A stretch of DNA of 64,000 nt from positions 120,207-184,206 of the forward strand of contig CAYWIT010000001.1 in NCBI GenBank assembly GCA_964458415.1, written 5' to 3'. This DNA comes from an uncultured Rhodospirillaceae bacterium (lineage in GTDB: Bacteria > Pseudomonadota > Alphaproteobacteria > Micavibrionales > UBA2020). The translations under genes were made by a program, and so were the position numbers. Shown here one piece after another: positions 57,969-64,000 of this stretch. Under the pieces are notes generated by a model that was not told the DNA's origin, did not search any database, and saw only the letters and a list, made by a program, of their open reading frames with translations. The first letter of the stretch is position 1. Every line of letters starts with the position of its first letter.

Positions 57969-58762
57969 CCCGCCAGCACCGCGCAAATCTGTTCATGCAA
58001 CCGTCTGTCACCGCAAGCGATGACGGCAGCGGGATCGTATGATCTGGCTGTGGGCAGGGGACGACCCTGCCAGTCGGTGATGATGCCGCCCGCCTCCTCG
58101 ACGATCGGGATCAGCGCGGCGTAGTCGTGCAGTTTCATATAACCTTCCACCACGCTGTCGAGCCATCCGCCCGCCAGTTGCCCGTAGGAATAGCAATCCC
58201 CGCCATAGAGCGAGAAGGCGGATTTCTTGCACACGCCCTTGAAGAACCTCAGGTAATCGTCAAAATCAAACATGTCGGGACCGGTGGTGGCGATCGTCGC
58301 GGCGGAAATATCGGCGCAGGGGCGGCAGCGGATTTGTTTACCGTTGAGGGTTGTGCCGTGGCCGCGTGCCCCGATCCAGCGTTCCTTGCTGATGGGCTGG
58401 TCAAGAACGCCCAGTACGGGAGCGCCTTCATAAAACAAGCCGATCAATGTGCCGAACAACGGGCGGCCAGCGGCAAACGCCTTGGTGCCGTCAACAGGGT
58501 CAAGCACCCAGAGATAGCCGGTGGAGCCGTCTTTCGAGCCGAACTCCTCCCCATGAATGCCGTCACCGGGACGCATGCGCTTCAGAATGGCGCGGATGGC
58601 CTTTTCCGATTCCTGATCGGCGATGGTAACGGGACTGGCATCGCCTTTGACCTCGATATGAAAATCAGCGCGGAAATAGCGACGGATAATCTCCCCGCTG
58701 GCTTCGGCCAGACGGTGGGCCAGAACGACCAGATCCTCGGAAACGGGTTGTTTTAGGGGCAT
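57965..58762 (-). CDS. Inositol monophosphatase family protein (possibly histidinol-phosphatase HisN)
   Basis: 265 aa. IMPase motifs HGEEFG, WVLDPVDGT, GGDCYSY. Confidence 0.85.
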   Translation of the reverse strand: MPLKQPVSEDLVVLAHRLAEASGEIIRRYFRADFHIEVKGDASPVTIADQESEKAIRAILKRMRPGDGIHGEEFGSKDGSTGYLWVLDPVDGTKAFAAGRPLFGTLIGLFYEGAPVLGVLDQPISKERWIGARGHGTTLNGKQIRCRPCADISAATIATTGPDMFDFDDYLRFFKGVCKKSAFSLYGGDCYSYGQLAGGWLDSVVEGYMKLHDYAALIPIVEEAGGIITDWQGRPLPTARSYDPAAVIACGDRRLHEQICAVLAG

Positions 58763-58837
58763 GACAGACTACCTTTTAGCTGGAAAGTGGTGTATGACTT
58801 TAAAACATATTTTCAAGAAGAAAAAGAGGCGTGAATC

Positions 58838-61519
58838 ATGATTACAGCGGGCGAGATCAGAAGGACATTTCTGGATTTTTTCAGGAAGAACGGCCACGAG
58901 GTGGTGCGGTCTTCCTCGCTGGTGCCTGCGAATGATCCGACGCTGATGTTTGTGAATTCCGGCATGGTGCAGTTTAAAAACGTTTTTACCGGTGTGGAAA
59001 AGAGATCCTACACGCGCGCCACATCAGCGCAGAAATGCGTGCGGGCGGGCGGCAAGCATAATGACCTCGACAACGTCGGATTTACCGCGCGGCACCATAC
59101 GTTTTTCGAGATGCTGGGTAATTTTTCCTTTGGCGACTATTTCAAATCCGAGGCGATCCCCTTTGCGTGGGAGCTGCTGACGAAGGATTTCGGTCTTGAC
59201 CCCAATCGCCTGGTGGTCACAATTTATCACGATGATGACGATGCGGCCGCTATTTGGAAAAAAGTTACCGGCTTTTCCGACAGCAAAATTATCCGTATTG
59301 CGACGTCGGATAACTTCTGGTCGATGGGGGACACCGGTCCTTGCGGGCCATGCTCGGAAATTTTCTACGATCATGGCGACTGGATTCCGGGCGGCCCGCC
59401 GGGCTCGGCCGATCAGGACGGCGACCGTTTCATCGAAATCTGGAACAATGTTTTCATGCAGTTCGAGCAGCATGCCGATGGCACGCGCACCGGCCTGCCC
59501 AAGCCGTCGATCGACACGGGCATGGGGCTGGAGCGTATCGCCGCCATCTTGCAGGGCAAGCACGACAACTATGACGTGGATATTCTCCGTGCTATCATCG
59601 AGTCGGCGGCTCATGCAACGAATACCGATCCGGATGGCGACAAGAGCGTGTCGCACCGCGTGATCGCCGATCATCTGCGTGCCGCGTCTTTCCTGATCGC
59701 AGATGGCGTCATGCCGTCGAACGAAGGCCGTGGTTACGTGCTCCGCCGGATCATGCGACGCGGCATGCGCCATGCCCATATTCTGGGTGCGCAGGATCCA
59801 CTGATGTATCGGTTGCTGCCAACGCTGATCGGCAAGATGGGCGATGCCTATCCCGAGCTGCGCGAGGCCGAGGCCTTGATCACCGAAACGCTGAAGCTGG
59901 AAGAAAAACGCTTCAAGAATACGCTGGAGCATGGCCTGTCTTTGCTGGAGACGGAAACGCAAAAGCTGGGTAGCGGCGAAAAGCTGCCGGGTAATGTGGC
60001 GTTCAAGCTCTATGATACTTTCGGCTTCCCGCTTGATCTGACACAGGACGTTTTGCGCCGCGAGCAAAAACGTGAAGTGGATGTCGCCGGTTTTAACGCG
60101 GCGATGGAGCTGCAGCGCGAGACTGCGCGCAAATCCTGGTCCGGCTCCGGCGAGGCTGCGACCGAGCAGGTCTGGTTCGGCATCAAGGACAAGCACGGTT
60201 CGACCGAGTTTCTGGGCTATGCGCAAGAACAGGCCGAGGCGCAGATTCTGGCACTGGTTGATGCGTTTGATAATAGCGTCAATGAGCTGAGAGAAGGCCA
60301 AGCGGGTCATGTTGTCACCAACCAAACGCCATTTTACGCAGAATCTGGGGGGCAAGTTGGAGACACGGGAACAATAAAAACTGCGAGAGGCGCGGTTTTA
60401 GACGTAATAGGAACCCAGAAAAAGCTAGGAGGGCTTTTTGTCCATACAGTCCTCTCCAGAAGCCAGCCCATGCAAAATCCTGAAAGAATTGATGTTTCAG
60501 TTGGCGATACAGTATTACTGGAAGTCAATCATGAAAGGCGCAACGACATCCGCGCCAACCACTCGGCCACCCACCTGCTGCATGCGGCGCTGCAACGCCA
60601 TTTGGGCAAGCACGTGACGCAAAAAGGCTCGCTGGTGAATGAAGGGCGTTTGCGTTTTGATATCAGCCAGCCTGTGGCCTTGACGGATGAGCAAGTCGCC
60701 ACGATCGAGCGCGAAGTGAACGAGCGTATTCGCATGAACAGCGACGTGACGACCCGTCTGATGCCGGTTGACGAAGCGCGGGCGCTGGGCGCCATGGCGA
60801 TGTTCGGTGAAAAATACGATGACGAGGTGCGCGTGCTGGCCATGGGCGGGCAGGATCCCGATCAGCCGGAAAAGCCGTATTCGCTGGAGCTCTGCGGCGG
60901 CACGCATGTCCGGCGCACGGGTGACATCGGGCTCTTTAAAATTGTTTCCGAAAGTGCGCTGGCCGCAGGAATCCGCCGTGTTGAAGGCGTGACGGGCCGC
61001 GGCGCGCTGGAATATCTCAACGAACAGGCGGCGCGCGTGCAGGACATTGCGGCCGTGCTGAAATCCTCTCCGGCTGAAGCGCTGACGCGGGTTGAAGCGC
61101 TGGCTGCCGAGAAGAAAAAGCTGGAAAAAGAAGTTGCCGACCTGCGGCGCAAACTGGCGACGGGCGGAGAAAGCGCGGCGGCGCCTGAAGCGAAGGTCAT
61201 TCATGGCGTTTCTTTTGCCTCCCGCGTGCTGGAAGGCATTCCGGCGGGCGAATTAAAGCCGATGGCGGATGCGATCAAGGCAAAACTGGGCTCCGGCGTT
61301 GTGGCGCTTGTTTCGGTGGCGGAAGATGGCAAGGCTTCGTTGGTTGTGGCGGTGACGCCGGACCTGACCGCGAAGATCAACGCAGTTGACCTTGTCAAAA
61401 AAGGCGCGGAAAAGCTGGGCGGCAAGGGCGGTGGTGGCCGTCCCGACATGGCGCAGGCGGGTGGTCCCGATGGCGCACAGGCCAATGACGCTGTGGCGGC
61501 GATCGAAGCCGCTCTTTAA
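58838..61519 (+). CDS. alaS: Alanine--tRNA ligase
   Basis: 893 aa. [31 protein letters not shown], editing-domain HSATHLL...CGGTHV, C-terminal DHHA1 [15 protein letters not shown]. Confidence 0.98.
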   Translation: MITAGEIRRTFLDFFRKNGHEVVRSSSLVPANDPTLMFVNSGMVQFKNVFTGVEKRSYTRATSAQKCVRAGGKHNDLDNVGFTARHHTFFEMLGNFSFGDYFKSEAIPFAWELLTKDFGLDPNRLVVTIYHDDDDAAAIWKKVTGFSDSKIIRIATSDNFWSMGDTGPCGPCSEIFYDHGDWIPGGPPGSADQDGDRFIEIWNNVFMQFEQHADGTRTGLPKPSIDTGMGLERIAAILQGKHDNYDVDILRAIIESAAHATNTDPDGDKSVSHRVIADHLRAASFLIADGVMPSNEGRGYVLRRIMRRGMRHAHILGAQDPLMYRLLPTLIGKMGDAYPELREAEALITETLKLEEKRFKNTLEHGLSLLETETQKLGSGEKLPGNVAFKLYDTFGFPLDLTQDVLRREQKREVDVAGFNAAMELQRETARKSWSGSGEAATEQVWFGIKDKHGSTEFLGYAQEQAEAQILALVDAFDNSVNELREGQAGHVVTNQTPFYAESGGQVGDTGTIKTARGAVLDVIGTQKKLGGLFVHTVLSRSQPMQNPERIDVSVGDTVLLEVNHERRNDIRANHSATHLLHAALQRHLGKHVTQKGSLVNEGRLRFDISQPVALTDEQVATIEREVNERIRMNSDVTTRLMPVDEARALGAMAMFGEKYDDEVRVLAMGGQDPDQPEKPYSLELCGGTHVRRTGDIGLFKIVSESALAAGIRRVEGVTGRGALEYLNEQAARVQDIAAVLKSSPAEALTRVEALAAEKKKLEKEVADLRRKLATGGESAAAPEAKVIHGVSFASRVLEGIPAGELKPMADAIKAKLGSGVVALVSVAEDGKASLVVAVTPDLTAKINAVDLVKKGAEKLGGKGGGGRPDMAQAGGPDGAQANDAVAAIEAAL

Positions 61520-61542
61520 TTTCTGAAACAGCGGCGCATTAC

Positions 61543-61579
61543 AAGGATATAGCTGAGAATCTTTCTCAGCTATATCCTT
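61543..61579 (+). terminator. 16-bp perfect hairpin after alaS
   Basis: AAGGATATAGCTGAGA-atctt-TCTCAGCTATATCCTT. Only a partial T-run follows. Confidence 0.5.
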
Positions 61580-61672
61580 AAGTTTCAACGCTTTATTTCC
61601 GTTGCATTATCCGTAAAAGAAGGGTATAAAATCCCAGAATCACAACGCCAATAAAACAAGAGGGAAACAACC

Positions 61673-62098
61673 ATGGCTGCTGTTGAACGTACACTTTCAA
61701 TTATTAAACCTGATGCGACCCGCCGCAATCTGACGGGCAAGATCAATGCAAAATTCGAGGAGCAGGGGCTTCATATCGTTGCACAAAAGCGCATGCACCT
61801 GACGCCGGAACAGGCGGAAAAATTCTACGAGGTCCACAAAGAGCGTCCCTTCTTCAAAGACCTTGTCAGTTTCATGATTTCTGGTCCCGTTGTCGTGCAG
61901 GTTCTGGAAGGCGCGGATGCCGTTGCTCTCAACCGCAAAATCATGGGAGCCACCAATCCGGCCAATGCCGAGCCGGGAACCATCCGCAAGGAATTCGCCG
62001 AGTCTATCGAAGCCAACTCTGTTCATGGTTCGGATAGCCTCGAAAACGCGAGGAATGAAATCGCTTTCTTCTTCAGCGGCACAGAGATTGTTGGTTAA
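61673..62098 (+). CDS. ndk: Nucleoside diphosphate kinase
   Basis: 141 aa. [19 protein letters not shown] active-site His context. Confidence 0.97.
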   Translation: MAAVERTLSIIKPDATRRNLTGKINAKFEEQGLHIVAQKRMHLTPEQAEKFYEVHKERPFFKDLVSFMISGPVVVQVLEGADAVALNRKIMGATNPANAEPGTIRKEFAESIEANSVHGSDSLENARNEIAFFFSGTEIVG

Positions 62099-62133
62099 TA
62101 CTTCACTTACACACACGTATACCAGCAATGAAG

Positions 62134-62168
62134 CCCGCCATGTCGCAAGACTGGCGGGTTTCTTTTTG
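62134..62168 (+). terminator. Rho-independent terminator after ndk
   Basis: Stem CCCGCCA/TGGCGGG with an 11-nt loop, then TTTCTTTTTGG. Confidence 0.65.
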
Positions 62169-62183
62169 GTACGGGAGTTAATA

Positions 62184-62212
62184 TTGACATAATGTAAAAA
62201 TTGCTTTACAAT
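62184..62212 (+). promoter_or_regulatory. Near-consensus sigma70 promoter of the ankyrin gene
   Basis: TTGACA-N17-TACAAT read directly, 35 nt before the TTG start. Confidence 0.5.
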
Positions 62213-62247
62213 CCCCTTACATTTTTTACACCAGTGGAGTAATTGCT

Positions 62248-62889
62248 TTGTCCATATCAAAAATATCCTCCCTCAGGCCGCGAACGCCAGAACAACTGGG
62301 ATATCAACTGCTTGAGGAAGTCAGCAAGCAGGATTGTGATGTAAAAAAAGCTTTGGCCTTAATTGCAGCGGGCGCAAAGCTTGATCGCAGCGATAAGTTT
62401 GGCAGAATGCCTCTGCTTTGGGCAGCTCTATGGGGACATACAGCTATTGTAAAAGAGATCATTGCTTCTGGCAGGGGAGATTTGGAGAAAAAAGATAATG
62501 CTGATAGAACCCCGCTGTTGGAGGCGGCTATTGAGGGACGGGCAGATTCTTTGAAAATCCTTATTGAAGCAGGCGCGAAGCTGGACGAAAAAGATATACA
62601 TGGCAGAACAGGCCTGATTTGGGCAGCGCTCAATGGGCGTGAGGAATGTTTGCGGATGCTCATTGCGGCGGGTGCTTTGCTGGAAGAAGAAGACGATGGC
62701 GGCAGGACAGCGATAGATCATGCTGATAAACGGGGACGTGTCTCTATTGCTTGTCTTATCAGAGAGGCGATAATAAAACGCACAGAGGCAGAAGAACTAG
62801 ACAAAAAGAACAAGCAGAGTGATGCGTTCCATCAAGTCTTGACGTCACCTGTCAAAGTCTTTCGACCTATTCAATTCAAGCCGAAGTGA
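62248..62889 (+). CDS. Ankyrin-repeat protein (213 aa)
   Basis: Four canonical about 33-aa ANK repeats (GRMPLLWAALWGHTAIVKEII..., DRTPLLEAAIEGRADSLKILIEAGAKLD...). TTG start after a GGAG RBS. Confidence 0.85.
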   Translation: MSISKISSLRPRTPEQLGYQLLEEVSKQDCDVKKALALIAAGAKLDRSDKFGRMPLLWAALWGHTAIVKEIIASGRGDLEKKDNADRTPLLEAAIEGRADSLKILIEAGAKLDEKDIHGRTGLIWAALNGREECLRMLIAAGALLEEEDDGGRTAIDHADKRGRVSIACLIREAIIKRTEAEELDKKNKQSDAFHQVLTSPVKVFRPIQFKPK

Positions 62890-62892
62890 TCT

Positions 62893-64000
62893 TTACGCCT
62901 TGGTGCCGAACAGGTCATATTCATCCGATTTGGTGATTTTGACCTGTGCGATGTCGCCCTGCTTCAGGCCCTTGCCCTTGACGCGCACCACGCCGTCGAT
63001 TTCCGGTGCATCGCCCTGCGAGCGGCCGACGTAGCCGCCTTCGGTCATGTCATCGATAATCACGGGAATGGTCTTGCCGACCTTGAGCTTCAGGCGACGG
63101 GCGCTGATCTCCTGCTGGGCCTGCATGAAGCGGTGCCAGCGTTCTTCTTTCACCTCCTCGGGCACGGCGGGGCCGATCTTGTTGGCTTCGGCGCCCGTGA
63201 CGGCTTCGTACTGGAAACAGCCGACGCGATCCAGCTCGGCTTCCTGCAGCCAGTCGAGCAAAAACTGGAAGTCTTCTTCCGTTTCGCCGGGGAAGCCGAC
63301 GACAAAGGTGGAGCGGATGGTCAGATCCGGACATTCTTTGCGCCAGGCATGAATGCGATCCAGCGTTTTTTCCTGATGTGCGGGACGCTTCATGTTTTTC
63401 AGCACCGATGGGCTGGCGTGCTGGAAGGGGATGTCGATATAGGGCAGGATCTTTCCGGCGTTCATCAGCGGGAAAACCTCGTCCACATGGGGGTAGGGAT
63501 AGACGTAGTGGAGACGTGTCCAGACGCCCAGTTCTCCCAGCCCTTCGCAAAGATCGATGAACTTGGTGCGCAGCGTGCGGTTTTTCCACGGGTAGGGTTT
63601 GTATTTGACGTCGATGCCATAGGCGGAAGTATCCTGCGAGATGACAAGGATTTCCTTCACCCCCGCCTTGACCAGACGTTCGGCTTCGGCCAGAACCTGA
63701 ATGACGGGGCGGCTGACCAGATCGCCGCGCAGGGAAGGAATGATGCAAAACGAGCAGCGGTTGTTGCAGCCTTCGGAGATTTTCAGGTAAGCGTAGTGGC
63801 GCGGCGTCAGCTTGATCCCTTGTGGGGGAACCAGATCGACGAAGGGCTCGTGCGCGGCAGGGGCGGCGGCATGCACCGCCGTCATGACTTCTTCGTACTG
63901 CTGCGGGCCTGTGACAGCGAGAACTTTGGGAAACTCCTTGGTGATGCTTTCCGGCTCGGCGCCCATGCAGCCGGTGACAATGACGCGGCCATTGGCGTCC
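62893..64000 (-). CDS. rimO: Ribosomal protein S12 methylthiotransferase RimO (N-terminus beyond the window)
   Basis: Radical-SAM motif [14 protein letters not shown]-terminal TRAM domain. The frame stays open to the window edge. Confidence 0.9.
   Translation of the reverse strand, partial: DANGRVIVTGCMGAEPESITKEFPKVLAVTGPQQYEEVMTAVHAAAPAAHEPFVDLVPPQGIKLTPRHYAYLKISEGCNNRCSFCIIPSLRGDLVSRPVIQVLAEAERLVKAGVKEILVISQDTSAYGIDVKYKPYPWKNRTLRTKFIDLCEGLGELGVWTRLHYVYPYPHVDEVFPLMNAGKILPYIDIPFQHASPSVLKNMKRPAHQEKTLDRIHAWRKECPDLTIRSTFVVGFPGETEEDFQFLLDWLQEAELDRVGCFQYEAVTGAEANKIGPAVPEEVKEERWHRFMQAQQEISARRLKLKVGKTIPVIIDDMTEGGYVGRSQGDAPEIDGVVRVKGKGLKQGDIAQVKITKSDEYDLFGTKA

Noticed and set aside
59024-60355. Other long antisense or overlapping ORFs: 59024-60355 (alaS), 30717-31823 (fliM), 11747-12835 (fliG), 7382-8428 (flhA), 5349-6542 (flhG/flhF), 38231-39553 (fadD copy 2), 50151-50873 (polymerase), 48794-49486 and 43881-44579
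   Set aside because: Each lies opposite or overlaps a confidently identified gene. Each has a low-complexity Arg/Gly/His-rich translation and no RBS or motif support.
1-64000. Search for CRISPR arrays, IS elements or transposases, integrases, prophage genes, toxin-antitoxin pairs, restriction or other defence genes, and rRNA/tRNA genes
   Set aside because: None was recognised. The only tandem repeats are the in-frame ankyrin-like units, and intergenic regions are short and explained by promoters and terminators. I cannot point to a discrete novel multi-gene system beyond the flagellum-associated and ankyrin observations listed.

Overview
This is an alphaproteobacterial chromosomal window with dense, often overlapping genes. 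By eye it is about 55-58% GC, with AT-rich intergenic islands. The first ~36 kb (1-36150) is a polar-flagellum regulon. It runs ctrA, fliIJ, an ~11-kb fliF-fliG-fliH-fliN-flbD-flhA-flhF-flhG operon, flaG, flaF-flbT, a short flagellin, fliK-flgD-flgE, flgI-cheL-flbY-like, fliX, cheY-cheZ, fliL-fliM-motE-like and flgFGAH. Caulobacter-type regulators (CtrA, FlbD, FliX, FlbT/FlaF) sit beside FlhF/FlhG. I could read CtrA-type TTAA-N7-TTAA boxes and four sigma54 (-24/-12) promoters directly from the sequence. The remaining 28 kb is mostly housekeeping: two tandem acyl-CoA ligases, cspA-rhlE, a PAS protein plus MCP, aroQ-accBC, yceI/cytochrome b561, GST, a Y-family polymerase with a LexA box, slt, rnhA-thrB, alaS, ndk and partial rimO. 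Three ankyrin-repeat genes and a few orphan ORFs are interspersed among them. I saw no rRNA or tRNA genes, CRISPR arrays, transposases, integrases or recognisable defence systems. The most unusual items are these. (1) A proline-rich second FliK-like protein ends the flhFG operon. (2) A PP2C-like gene is translationally coupled to fliJ. (3) Two unrelated ankyrin proteins share a C-terminal tail motif, and a third has 30-residue repeats plus an unknown Cys-rich domain. (4) A cheY-cheZ-AMIN/TPR giant-protein operon. (5) An Aer-like receptor is split at a (CT)4 tract. (6) A codon-usage patch lies inside alaS. All functional calls rest on motif recognition by eye; no database search was possible.
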